Assembly: GCA_963803145.1 (NCBI GenBank)
Contig: CAWDLW010000010.1
Location: 1-38,402 of the forward strand
Length of the DNA: 38,402 bases
Source: Methanotrichaceae archaeon
Lineage (GTDB): Archaea > Halobacteriota > Methanosarcinia > Methanotrichales > Methanotrichaceae
Direction of reading: 5' to 3'
The stretch's first letter is position 1, and each line of letters opens with the position of its first letter. The position numbers and the translations under genes were made by a program. Shown piece after piece: positions 29,179 to 38,386 of the stretch. The notes below the pieces were generated by a model that made no database searches, was not told the DNA's origin, and was given only the letters and a program-made list of their open reading frames with translations.

Positions 29179-29466
29179 TCAGTCGCATTGCTTCCCTGAG
29201 AAATATCGATCCAGCCTTTCAGTTAATGAATCCATGAATTTGATTATATTTCCGCGCTCTTTTCCATAATTTCTCCTTCCGCCTGAAATCTCAAAACGTG
29301 TTTCGGCCTCCTCCTCGGTGTCTTCATCCATGTGCATATCGAGCATGTTTTCAAGCATTTCTGCAGCCTTAAGGAGTTCAAGCCGCTCTGCTGCCTTTTC
29401 GGGAGGCGTGTCTTTCTCGGATCCCAGCTTGTCAATTAGGAAATTTAGTCTCTCAGCTTCATCCAT
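29179..29466 (-). CDS. Small acidic hypothetical protein
   Basis: ATG at 29466 (MDEAERLNFL) lies 5 nt after the upstream small-ORF stop; followed by a T-rich tract. Confidence 0.6.
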   Translation of the reverse strand: MDEAERLNFLIDKLGSEKDTPPEKAAERLELLKAAEMLENMLDMHMDEDTEEEAETRFEISGGRRNYGKERGNIIKFMDSLTERLDRYFSGKQCD

Positions 29467-29471
29467 CTTAA

Positions 29472-29573
29472 TCAGCGCCAAAGCTTTGATGGCAATCGCC
29501 ATAAACGCTTGTTCTTCGCTCTCCTTAAGATCTTCTTAGGATCTCCGTTCGCTAAAACCTCAGCATCTCGCAT
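29472..29573 (-). CDS. Small basic ORF, possibly 5'-damaged
   Basis: MRDAEVLANGDPKKILRRAKNKRLWRLPSKLWR*; the frame is open a further ~12 codons upstream to a TAG. Confidence 0.45.
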   Translation of the reverse strand: MRDAEVLANGDPKKILRRAKNKRLWRLPSKLWR

Positions 29574-29664
29574 GGTCTTGGCTGCCTCGTATGGCTCACG
29601 GCTATGCTTCTAACCAGCTCAAACAAATGTCATGGAACTATTCGGAGCTCAAAAAAAGAAGGGC

Positions 29665-29775
29665 TCACCTATTCTCATCATACCGCCTGAACCTGCAAGC
29701 TCTCATGACTTTAATGGCCTTTTCTTCATCGAGTTTGCGCTTACGCTTCATCTTTCTATCTCTGGCTTCGCTCAT
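29665..29775 (-). CDS. 36-aa basic microprotein
   Basis: MSEARDRKMKRKRKLDEEKAIKVMRACRFRRYDENR*; ATGA overlap with the upstream ORF; followed by TTCTTTTTTT. Confidence 0.5.
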   Translation of the reverse strand: MSEARDRKMKRKRKLDEEKAIKVMRACRFRRYDENR

Positions 29776-29858
29776 GATTTCACTTTCTTCTTTTCTTGCT
29801 TTGCTTTTTTGGTCATCGCTTTTTTGCTTTTGCCTTGGGGTCGGTTTTTTTCAGCCAT
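29772..29858 (-). CDS. 28-aa Lys-rich microprotein
   Basis: MAEKNRPQGKSKKAMTKKAKQEKKKVKS*; TTTATA about 25 bp upstream of the ATG. Confidence 0.5.
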   Translation of the reverse strand: MAEKNRPQGKSKKAMTKKAKQEKKKVKS

Positions 29859-30398
29859 ATCATCAATTGTGGCTACCTTCCTATAAAGGATTGGCCTGTT
29901 TCATCCCAACACACGGCACTATTAATCCGGGGTAAAAAGAGATTATAGGCCACTATTCATCCATTTCTAACAATTTTGCAGCCAATGTGGTGGGAGGATC
30001 CATAATAATCTTTTGTCTTCGCCCGCCTTCCAGAATGTGTTTTTCGCCTCTGGATCAAAAGTATCATATTCGGCTGGTATGTTCCATATTTCTACCAATA
30101 GCGCCTTTATCCCCTTTCTTGTCTTCTCATTCCCAAAAGTATGCACGCTTTAGCTTTCTTAACACTTAAAAGGTAACTTCATACTTTTATTAAAGATAAA
30201 CATATCTCCTAAACTAATAATTATATTTACATAAACTGCAATATCCTAGCACCTAATTTTTCTTCGAAATAGTCTAGGCTTGCCATCTATAACCATGTCA
30301 CCGCCGCGAAATTACTGAAATGCTAGAAAGCAATTCCTTAATTCTACTTTCCCCAAAAAGACAAACTTCAAGGAGGCTCTGCTGCCTCTTAAGTATGT

Positions 30399-30899
30399 TC
30401 AGGCTATATATGAGGCACTGGATCTATCAAAATCCTTTTCCAGCTCGAGCCTTGTATCATCAGCCTTCCAGGCAGCGTCTGGGTAAATCAGATCCTTCAT
30501 GAAGTCATTGGTGTTGGCTGCAATCTTCGTTGCAAGATGTTCCTCTCCGAGAGCATCCTTAGTGATCTCATAAACCTTTGATCTGACTATACTCTCATCC
30601 AGGTATCCTAATGAGTGAATGTACTCGTGGAGCAGGATATGAAAGGCATATGGCTTATACAGCTCTGGCCTTGTCTCTGTGATCCTCTCCAGTGGAATCT
30701 TGTTCATAACTATGACATTCGATCCCACAGTGAAGAATCCTCCCAGAACGCCTTGGGGGTGGTTGCCCAGGTTAGCCATGCCCAGCATCAATCCGCCTCT
30801 GCTCTTGCCCATGCTCTTCAATACTATTGCTTTGACCACTTCGAATATATCGGCCAAGGTCTTCGCATTTTCAAGCTTTGTCTTGAAGTCCGTCAACAT
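30399..30899 (-). CDS. Zincin-like (HExxH) conserved archaeal protein
   Basis: HILLHEYIHSLG motif; TTATATA 24-30 bp upstream suggests a leaderless transcript. Confidence 0.8.
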   Translation of the reverse strand: MLTDFKTKLENAKTLADIFEVVKAIVLKSMGKSRGGLMLGMANLGNHPQGVLGGFFTVGSNVIVMNKIPLERITETRPELYKPYAFHILLHEYIHSLGYLDESIVRSKVYEITKDALGEEHLATKIAANTNDFMKDLIYPDAAWKADDTRLELEKDFDRSSASYIA

Positions 30900-30998
30900 T
30901 TAAATATCGGTAGTATGTCTAAGTATATAATACTAACCAATGGTTACTGCAAATTATGATATTATATATTACGATATCATATAAAATCTAAGGACTCC

Positions 30999-31034
30999 TT
31001 ATGATAACATTGCCATTTATGATAACATCGCCAT
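30999..31034. repeat. 18-bp tandem duplication
   Basis: TTATGATAACATTGCCAT (30999-31016) and TTATGATAACATCGCCAT (31017-31034). Confidence 0.85.
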
Positions 31035-31078
31035 ATACCTCTTAGATGCTGATGGCTCTAAAGAACCAGAGCCAAAAG

Positions 31079-31402
31079 CTAGCTATCCTCTTCCATGTCC
31101 GATTCGGCAGAAGATAGTGATTTTTCAGGAGTCCAGCCATTATTTATCTGTGAATGTATGCCAACCAGCTTTTTCTTTAACTTTGATCCCTTGATTGTGG
31201 TCTTGAACATGAGTGTCGGCTTCTTGCCTAATTCAGTTATCATGCCGTTTTTGACTAAGATATCCAAGTAGCGGTTAACTGTTGTATAATTGAGCTTTGC
31301 TTCGTGGATAATATTCGTTTTAAGTGCACCATCTCGGCATATATCTAGAATTAAATAGATGATTTTATCGTCAGTGCGTCTCCTTGATACCATAGTATTC
31401 AC
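31079..31402 (-). CDS. Winged-HTH protein (HTH_45/ArnR1-like)
   Basis: RRTDDKIIYLILDIC..GALKTNIIHEAKLNYTTVNRYL...FKTTIKG; start probably ATG 31393. Confidence 0.85.
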   Translation of the reverse strand: MNTMVSRRRTDDKIIYLILDICRDGALKTNIIHEAKLNYTTVNRYLDILVKNGMITELGKKPTLMFKTTIKGSKLKKKLVGIHSQINNGWTPEKSLSSAESDMEEDS

Positions 31403-31538
31403 CAGTTGAAAACCAATAAGCTTGGGTGATGTTGAGTAGATACGTTCTTGTTCTCTTTATGTTCTTTATGGGAAATAAGGGTTGGGATTGGCTACCCTGA
31501 ATCTAGAAAAGGTGTTTATGGGTCTATTGGGCTTGTGT

Positions 31539-31847
31539 CTAGACAGAAACATTAAGCACGGTAGTGCGGAGTTCATCCATCTCTGTCTGAAGGCGGCTCA
31601 GCTTATCTTTTATCTCTGCTCCTTTCACTGTGGTTTTAAACAGGTGGCTTGCTCCGCAGTTGGATTGCTCGATCATGCCGGTTTCTATGAGGCATTCAAG
31701 ATATCGATTGACTGTGGTGGAATTAAGGTTTGCTTGGTACACTATCCTAGTTTTACGTGCACCGCTTTCGCATATATTCAGTATCTGAGAAATAATAAGA
31801 TCGTCGCTTCTTTTCTTCATCCTCATGCGGTATTTCCTCCCGCCCAC
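31539..31847 (-). CDS. Winged-HTH protein (HTH_45/ArnR1-like), paralog of the adjacent gene
   Basis: KRSDDLIISQILNIC..GARKTRIVYQANLNSTTVNRYL...FKTTVKG; start probably ATG 31826 or 31820. Confidence 0.88.
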   Translation of the reverse strand: MGGRKYRMRMKKRSDDLIISQILNICESGARKTRIVYQANLNSTTVNRYLECLIETGMIEQSNCGASHLFKTTVKGAEIKDKLSRLQTEMDELRTTVLNVSV

Positions 31848-32206
31848 TCAAGTGCCATCCTTGACCTCGTTGTAATTTGAACTGCGTATTTAGCAGTTTT
31901 GCTTGAACTCAGCATTATTGTCTTTAGTTCTGAAGTTTTATAAACCATGTGGAAGCAATAATTAGTAGTAGTAATTAGAATTCGGTGGCGATTTTCTAAC
32001 TAGATTGCGCTGTATGATATGGATAATTCAATAGCTTTTGCAAAGACAAGTTATGTCGATCAGATTAGAAACGATAGCTGTAAATTGGATGCCCTTACAG
32101 TTCCATGAAAAAACAAGAGAGTGGGTAAACGACTCTTCATCAGGATTTTGACAGTAGGTATCCCTCTAATGCGCGCCGCAGTGAAATTTTATTGGGATAT
32201 CACATA

Positions 32207-32578
32207 TCACTTAAAGCTATGCAGCCCGACGGTATTTCCCTCGGTGTCCATGATCATCGCTATCCAACCAACTTCACCTATCTTGAACTTAGGTGCAATA
32301 ATCTTTCCACCGGCCTTTTCAACTCTCCCGATGACCTCATCAATTACTCCCTCACAGCTTAAATAAACTCTAGTTCCATTAGCGCAAGGCTTGTTACCCA
32401 TCCCAGGCGGCACCAAATCCCCGCCTACTCCTTCCATTCCATCCATCGGAAAGAAGCCAAGTTTTTGCCCCATATAGGTGTCCACGCGGATTTTCTGGCC
32501 AAGGATGTCTGAATAAAATTTTACAGCACGATCGAAATCCTCTGTGGGGATGTCAAACCAAGTTATTGCATTTTTCAT
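32207..32578 (-). CDS. VOC/glyoxalase family protein
   Basis: ITWFDIP..DFDRAVKFY, RVEKAGG and DTEGNTVGL. Confidence 0.9.
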   Translation of the reverse strand: MKNAITWFDIPTEDFDRAVKFYSDILGQKIRVDTYMGQKLGFFPMDGMEGVGGDLVPPGMGNKPCANGTRVYLSCEGVIDEVIGRVEKAGGKIIAPKFKIGEVGWIAMIMDTEGNTVGLHSFK

Positions 32579-33134
32579 AAATGAAGATAGTGCCTATTGT
32601 GATAAACCATTTCCCATGAGAATTCCAGTAGTAGCATTGATTTGAGGAACTCTGAGCTAATGTCAAGGACTGGAAGCTGCCGATCTAGACACCGATTTGT
32701 GGATATATTGGCGCTTAGAGCGCATGCTGAATGACACCAGATGGGTAGAGTACAATTGTAGATCCATCATTGAACTTATCGATCTTCACGGTACCGATAT
32801 TTCAGATGAAGAAATTTGGGCACAGTGCAAGAGCGGTTAATATTATCTGGTGAAATGAAGAGCTATCAAAACCAGGATAGATATAACCCGTAAAAAATGA
32901 CACGTTAAGAGTCAGCTGATCATCATCCGAAAGAAATATTAGTATGCTGTGTCATTCTTGAACGGCATGGTCAGGGCAGTCTTCCTGGAATTGGTCGAAG
33001 CGCTACAGAAAGATATTGAAGAATTGGAGCTCTGCAGCCTGAATGCATTTGATCAGCGGTCTGAGCTGCTGACGAGTCTGCTCTGTAATATGTGTGCCAG
33101 CCTTGAAAGGCTGCAGATTTTATGGGAGTAAAAG

Positions 33135-34139
33135 ATGCAAAAAACTGACCTTGTTGCCATTGCTATCATTGCTGCGATAATACTTATGGGATCTGGTATA
33201 TGGTCCCTCTATAAACCCCAGAAAAACTATGTGGGGAATACAGAATCAATCACTATCGGAGTGTTTCCTGATTTCATAGATACACCCATCTATATCGCGG
33301 ATGAACGGGGTATGTTCAAAGCCAACGGTCTTAATGTCACTATAAAGAACTATGAAACCGGTCTCGCCGCGAGCAATGCGACTCTGAAGGGCGCTGTAGA
33401 TCTTGCAGTGATGTCTGAGTTCGTCGCCGCTCAAAAGGCCCTTCAAAAGGAAAATATCAGCATTATAGCAAATTATGATAAATCTCAAAGATTTTATCTT
33501 GTCTGCCGGAAGAACCGGGGAATTGAGAATGTTTCCAATCTTCGGGGGAAAAAAGTAGGCGTTGCCAAAGGGACGATAGCGGAATTCTATCTGGGCAGAT
33601 TTCTTGAGCTGCATGGCATGAATATGGGGGATGTAACTCTTGTTGATATCAAACCATCACAAAGTGTGAATGTCTTCGATACCGGGAATGTTGATGCCAT
33701 TATGGGCCTCCAATCCGATATCGATAAAATAAGGCAAGAGCAAGCGGACGGAAAGGTCATCTGGCCAGCGCAAAGCGGCCAGCTAACCTGCAATTTAGTA
33801 GCTGGCAGGAACGATTGGGTTGTCAATCATCCAGAGCTGATAAACAGATTCCTGAAATCGCTCGATCAGGCAAGTGATTATCTTTCCGACCATCCGGCCG
33901 AAGCAAAAGCGATCCTACAAAAACGGCTGAATTATGATGACCTGTATATTGCAAACACCTGGCAGGAGCACCAATTTTCTCTGTCTCTTGACCAGTCGCT
34001 AATCATTGCAATGGAAGATGAAGCGAGGTGGATGATCAATAACAACCTCACCACTGAACGGATTATTCCAGATTTCCGGAAGTACATTTACACGAAGGGG
34101 CTTGAGGAAGTAAAACCTGAATTGGTGAAGATCTGGTGA
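33135..34139 (+). CDS. NitT/TauT (SsuA/NMT1-like) substrate-binding protein 1
   Basis: N-terminal TM anchor, G.F..NGL.V, LRGKKVG, VDA and HPELINRFLKSL. Confidence 0.9.
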   Translation: MQKTDLVAIAIIAAIILMGSGIWSLYKPQKNYVGNTESITIGVFPDFIDTPIYIADERGMFKANGLNVTIKNYETGLAASNATLKGAVDLAVMSEFVAAQKALQKENISIIANYDKSQRFYLVCRKNRGIENVSNLRGKKVGVAKGTIAEFYLGRFLELHGMNMGDVTLVDIKPSQSVNVFDTGNVDAIMGLQSDIDKIRQEQADGKVIWPAQSGQLTCNLVAGRNDWVVNHPELINRFLKSLDQASDYLSDHPAEAKAILQKRLNYDDLYIANTWQEHQFSLSLDQSLIIAMEDEARWMINNNLTTERIIPDFRKYIYTKGLEEVKPELVKIW

Positions 34140-34182
34140 AATGAGTGGCTGTGCAAAGTAGGACCAGGCGGGGAGCAAAACT

Positions 34183-35214
34183 TTGAAGGAAATTGTGGCA
34201 GCGATAGCTGTCCTCGCTGTGATAACATTTGTGGGATTTGGTACATGGTCACTCCATAATTCCCAGAAAAATTACGTAGGAAGAGTAGAATCAATCACCA
34301 TCGGCATCCCGCCTCTTGAATCATCCGCACTTATTTATATCGCTGATGATCAGGGCTACTTTGCGAGGAACGGCCTTGATATAACCGTAAAGGATTATGA
34401 GCCAGCAATTGCCGGGGTTGATGGAATGTTGAATGGCTCTGTGGACCTGGCAGGCGCGTCCGAGTATGCAGTCGTGTTGAAGGCATTCAAAGGAGAAAAT
34501 ATCAGCATAATTGTAAGCGGCGACGAGGTCCAGTCGAACTATTTCGTTTGTCGTAAGGACCGGGGAATAGAAAATATCTCAGACCTTAAAGGAAAAACGA
34601 TAGGTCTTCCCCGCGGGACGATATGCGAATTCTTCCTCGGCAGGTTCCTCAATCTGCACGGAATGAGCCTTCAGGATGTGACCCTTGTCGACGTCCCGGC
34701 AGCAAAATCAGTAGATGCAATAGCCAATGGCGACGTCGATGCGATCATTTACTTCCAGCCACATGTCTACGAAATTACAAATCGGCTGGGCGACAATTGC
34801 GTAATCTGGCCTGCGCAAAGCAATCAGCTATTGTATGGGGTCATGGCTTGCAAGAATGATTGGGCCGCCAATCACCCGGAGCTGATAAACAGATTCCTGA
34901 AATCGCTTGCCATGGCTGAGGAGTATGCCGTAAACCATCCGAATGAGGCGAAGGCGATCGTCCAAAAAAGGCTGAACGTCAGCGACGCATATATTATATC
35001 GGTATGGCCTGAGCACCAGTTTTCACTATCGCTTGATCAATCGCTCCTCATTGCCATGAATGACGAGGGGCGGTGGGCGGTCAATAACAACCTTACCAGC
35101 GGAAGGACGATACCCGATTTCAGAGATTATAGTCATTCTCCCAACTTTTTACCTTATAAACTGCTTTATCCAAGACTTAGAGTATCCATCTTTATTGGAA
35201 TAAAATATTTGTAA
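34183..35214 (+). CDS. Substrate-binding protein 2, C-terminus interrupted by IS630
   Basis: Paralog of SBP1 up to PDFRDY (35130); the last 27 codons derive from IS sequence; native tail found at 36213..36269. Confidence 0.88.
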   Translation: MKEIVAAIAVLAVITFVGFGTWSLHNSQKNYVGRVESITIGIPPLESSALIYIADDQGYFARNGLDITVKDYEPAIAGVDGMLNGSVDLAGASEYAVVLKAFKGENISIIVSGDEVQSNYFVCRKDRGIENISDLKGKTIGLPRGTICEFFLGRFLNLHGMSLQDVTLVDVPAAKSVDAIANGDVDAIIYFQPHVYEITNRLGDNCVIWPAQSNQLLYGVMACKNDWAANHPELINRFLKSLAMAEEYAVNHPNEAKAIVQKRLNVSDAYIISVWPEHQFSLSLDQSLLIAMNDEGRWAVNNNLTSGRTIPDFRDYSHSPNFLPYKLLYPRLRVSIFIGIKYL

Positions 35215-35685
35215 AGCGCAATCTTGGGCATCCTCAATAGCTTCATCAAAATCAGTATATTTTGATATCTCTCTTTTAAAATCCTTCCAACCGAACTCTA
35301 TAGGATTTAAATCAGGGGAATATGGCACGTTATATATTAAATGGATATCAAGTTCGTGGGCTAATGCCCTAAACTTCTTAGCTAGATGTATTCTAGCATT
35401 ATCTAGGACAATACATATTGGTCTCATAATATTGTTACTTCTCAATTTTTGGGCGAAGATCATTAAATCTTCTTTCTTGGATGAGTGAGAGACCATAACT
35501 TCATCATTTCCATTCAATGCAATGAACCCAAAAACAGTTCTAGACCTAACTTTTCCAGGTTGATAATTTAGCATATGGGTGTTTAAAACCCTGCGTGTAT
35601 TAGGTCGCTGTTGCAAAGAGCTTTCATCAAGGAATCCAATAATAGGTTCTTTGACTGTTGTTATTACTGAATCTATCCTTTTTTT
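35149..35685 (-). CDS. IS630 transposase DDE domain (-1 frame)
   Basis: Frame extends upstream of the tracked ORF to the A7 run: KRIDSVITTVKEPIIGFLDES...VLDNARIH...PYSPDLNPIE. Confidence 0.9.
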   Translation of the reverse strand, partial: KKRIDSVITTVKEPIIGFLDESSLQQRPNTRRVLNTHMLNYQPGKVRSRTVFGFIALNGNDEVMVSHSSKKEDLMIFAQKLRSNNIMRPICIVLDNARIHLAKKFRALAHELDIHLIYNVPYSPDLNPIEFGWKDFKREISKYTDFDEAIEDAQDCALQIFYSNKDGYSKSWIKQFIR

Positions 35686-36146
35686 AGAAAACTTTCTGCA
35701 TTAACAGGCCTCTTATTATTTCTAATATATGGTTTACCATATTTGACTTTCTTTATTGATCTTAAAATCTTCCAACCACCTTTATACGAATATTCTACGC
35801 CTCTTGTGTCTTTTGCATATTTTATTACCTCTTTTATAGTCATTCCTTTGTCCTCAATCTCTTCGATAATTTTATCCCATTCATCAAAAGATATCATTGG
35901 TTCTTTGCCGTTTCTATTCTGTGGTATCAATCCATCATATCCTTGTTTGTTCCAATCGCTTAGCCAATTCTTTATTGTCTTTTCACTTCGTTTAAGAATA
36001 TCAGCTACTATATATACATTCTTTCCTTCGTATAAATGTATTATCGCTAGTAGCCGTTCTTTAATTCTTATGTTTCTCTCATCTTTATACAATTGATCTA
36101 ATTCTACCTTCGAGATATGTCTTACAATTACAGGTTTCCTGCCCAT
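35673..36146 (-). CDS. IS630 transposase N-terminal HTH domain
   Basis: ERLLAI...TIKNWLSDWNKQGYDGL and KPY; ends CTA AAA AAA GGA TAG at a slippery A7 site. Confidence 0.9.
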   Translation of the reverse strand: MGRKPVIVRHISKVELDQLYKDERNIRIKERLLAIIHLYEGKNVYIVADILKRSEKTIKNWLSDWNKQGYDGLIPQNRNGKEPMISFDEWDKIIEEIEDKGMTIKEVIKYAKDTRGVEYSYKGGWKILRSIKKVKYGKPYIRNNKRPVNAESFLKKG

Positions 36147-36212
36147 GAACGGCTATATCGTATATTAATTATTTAAGAGTATCTATGAGGTAAAAATTAC
36201 GTGGATTAACTA

Positions 36213-36269
36213 TACATATACACGAAAGGTCTTGAGGAAGTAAAGCCTGATGCGGTGAATATTCGGTGA
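36213..36269 (+). pseudogene. Displaced native 3' end of SBP2
   Basis: Encodes YIYTKGLEEVKPDAVNIR*, matching the C-termini of the paralogs. Confidence 0.9.
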
Positions 36270-36306
36270 TATGAGGAACCATGAAGCTCAGGGTCGAAGT
36301 AAAGCA

Positions 36307-37320
36307 ATGAGAAAAAAAGATGCTGCAGTGATCGCAGTCATCGCGGTAATAGTTCTGGCTGGGCTTGGAGGATGGGCTATCCTGGGCTCCCAGAAAAATG
36401 CCGAGAAGCCTATGGATTCGATCACCGTTGCGTATTCGCCATATGAGGTGGGTGCTCTCCTCTGGATTGCTGAAGACCAGCGTTTTTTCGAGGAGAACGG
36501 CCTCAATCTGACCCTGCGGAGGTACGATTCAGGGGCGGCTTCCCTCGACGGGGTTATAAATGGTGAGGTGGATATTTCCGTGGGAGCATCCGAGATCCCT
36601 CTGGTCAGGAAGGCCTTCCAGAACGCAAGAGTCCGGGCAATAGGCAACATCGATAAGGCCGATTTCATCTATATGATAGCGCGGAAGGACCGAGGGATCG
36701 GCAATGTCTCAGATCTTAAAGGCAAAAAGGTCGGGACCGCCATTGGTACGGTGGCAGAATTCTACCTCGGCAGGTTTCTCATGCTGCACGGCATGACCAT
36801 GCAGGACATAACCCTCGTGGATATCAAGACCCCTGAAGGATGGGTAAACGCTGTTGCAGACGGCGATATTGATGCCATATCAACCGCCCAGCCTTACGCC
36901 AATGCAGCTCGGGACCGGCTGGGCGATAACGCTGTTTTCTGGCCTGCACAGAGTGGCCAGCCAGTGTTTTCGCTGATCATCTCCAATGATGAGTGGATAG
37001 CGCAGCATCCCGAGCTCATAAAGAGGTTCCTTGCGTCCCTCGCAAAGGCTGATGAATACGCCGTCACTCATCCAGCCGAGGCCCAGGCAATCGTGCAAAG
37101 AAGGCTGAACCTTGATGCCAGGTATATGGATACGGTCTGGCAGCAGAACCAGTTTTCACTCTCGCTTGACCAATCGCTCATCACTGCCATGGAAGACGAG
37201 GCGCGGTGGATGATCAAAAATAATCTCACCACACAAAAAACTGTACCTGATTTCAGGGACTACATCTACAAGGACGGCCTTGAGGCAGTAAGACCCGAGT
37301 CAGTGAACATCATCGGATGA
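36307..37320 (+). CDS. Substrate-binding protein 3
   Basis: Paralog of SBP1/2; ATG 36307 (MRKKDAA) precedes the TM anchor. Confidence 0.9.
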   Translation: MRKKDAAVIAVIAVIVLAGLGGWAILGSQKNAEKPMDSITVAYSPYEVGALLWIAEDQRFFEENGLNLTLRRYDSGAASLDGVINGEVDISVGASEIPLVRKAFQNARVRAIGNIDKADFIYMIARKDRGIGNVSDLKGKKVGTAIGTVAEFYLGRFLMLHGMTMQDITLVDIKTPEGWVNAVADGDIDAISTAQPYANAARDRLGDNAVFWPAQSGQPVFSLIISNDEWIAQHPELIKRFLASLAKADEYAVTHPAEAQAIVQRRLNLDARYMDTVWQQNQFSLSLDQSLITAMEDEARWMIKNNLTTQKTVPDFRDYIYKDGLEAVRPESVNIIG

Positions 37321-37369
37321 CTGGACAAACATGGAAGACCTGGAAGAAAAAGCATGAAAAAACCCATTG
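37301..37369 (+). repeat. Gene-junction repeat of the SBP array (second copy 38333..38402)
   Basis: Identical apart from one extra A; covers stop, intergenic spacer and next start; period about 1033 bp. Confidence 0.93.
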
Positions 37370-38352
37370 CTGTCATCGCCGTGATAGCGCTTGCTGGACT
37401 TGGCGCATGGTTTTTCCTGGATTCCCAGAAAAGTACAGTGAAACCTGTGGAATCAATCACCGTCGCGTATTCACCGTATGAGTCGAGTGCTCTGTTCTGG
37501 TTAGCGGTTGACCAGCGCTTTTTCGAGGAGAACGGCCTCAATCTTACCCTTCGCAGGTACGATTCCGGGGCCGCTTCGCTCGACAGGGTGATAAACGGCG
37601 AGGCGAATATTTCCGTAGGGGCATCCGAGTTCCCTTTTATCAGGAAGGCATTCCAGAATGCAAGAGTCCGGGCGGTAGGCAATATCGACAAGGGCGATTT
37701 TATCTATATAGTCGCGCGGAAAGACCGGGTCGGTAATGTTTCAGACCTTAAAGGCAAAAGGATTGGGACGGCCATTGGTACTGCGGCAGAATTCCACCTC
37801 GGTAGGTTTCTCGCATCTGCACGGTATAACTATGCAGGACATAACCCTCGTCGATATCAAAACGCCGGAAGGATGGGTAAACGCTGTTGCAACGGTAGTA
37901 TTGATGCTATATCAACCGCCCAGCCATATGCCAATGCAGCCAGGGACCGGTTGGGCGATAATGCGGTTTTCTGGCCTGCACAGAGCAGTCAGCCGGTGTT
38001 TTCGCTGGTCATCTCCCCCGATGACTGGATAACAGAGCATCCTGAACTGGTTGACCGGTTCCTCAAGTCTCTGGCAGGGGCCGAGGAGTATATCGTCACT
38101 CATCCGGCCGAATCTAAGGTCATCGTGCAAAAAAGACTGAACCTCAGTGCCGGGTATATGGATACGGTCTGGCAGCAAAACCAGTTCACGCTCTCGCTCG
38201 ACCAGTCGCTTATCCTGGCCATGGAAGACGAGGCGCGGTGGATGATAAAGAACAACCTCACCACTGAAAAAAAGATACCCGATTTCAGGAAGTACATCTA
38301 TACGAAGGGCCTAGAGGTAGTAAATCCGGACGCAGTGAACATCATCGGATGA
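37354..38352 (+). CDS. Substrate-binding protein 4 with an internal compensated frameshift
   Basis: Close paralog of SBP3; about 26 codons (37813-37891) are out of frame and the expected HLHGITMQDITLVDIKTPEGWVNAVA is in the +1 frame. Confidence 0.85.
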   Translation: MKKPIAVIAVIALAGLGAWFFLDSQKSTVKPVESITVAYSPYESSALFWLAVDQRFFEENGLNLTLRRYDSGAASLDRVINGEANISVGASEFPFIRKAFQNARVRAVGNIDKGDFIYIVARKDRVGNVSDLKGKRIGTAIGTAAEFHLGRFLASARYNYAGHNPRRYQNAGRMGKRCCNGSIDAISTAQPYANAARDRLGDNAVFWPAQSSQPVFSLVISPDDWITEHPELVDRFLKSLAGAEEYIVTHPAESKVIVQKRLNLSAGYMDTVWQQNQFTLSLDQSLILAMEDEARWMIKNNLTTEKKIPDFRKYIYTKGLEVVNPDAVNIIG

Positions 38353-38386
38353 CTGGACAAAACATGGAAGACCTGGAAGAAAAAGC

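Larger units (their letters stand above)
35130..36212 (-). mobile_element. IS630-family insertion sequence (1083 bp)
   Basis: TA duplication (35128-29 and 36213-14), 29-bp imperfect terminal inverted repeats (21/29), AT-rich, two transposase ORFs. Confidence 0.93.

Noticed and set aside
29591-29935. Plus-strand ORFs 29591..29935 and 29632..29886 as hydrophobic proteins
   Set aside because: Their Phe/Leu/Ser richness is the antisense shadow of the A-rich Lys/Arg micro-ORFs on the minus strand.
32949-33131. 60-aa ORF just before SBP1
   Set aside because: GTG start and no recognisable motif; cannot be supported, although its position 3 nt before SBP1 leaves it possible.
35673-35675. Amber read-through of the transposase TAG
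   Set aside because: The DDE domain is in the -1 frame, which the A7 slippery site fully explains.
368-38297. Numerous 60-160-aa ORFs antisense to or nested in assigned genes
   Set aside because: They overlap well-supported genes and lack motifs; 37736..38032 is just the shifted frame of SBP4.
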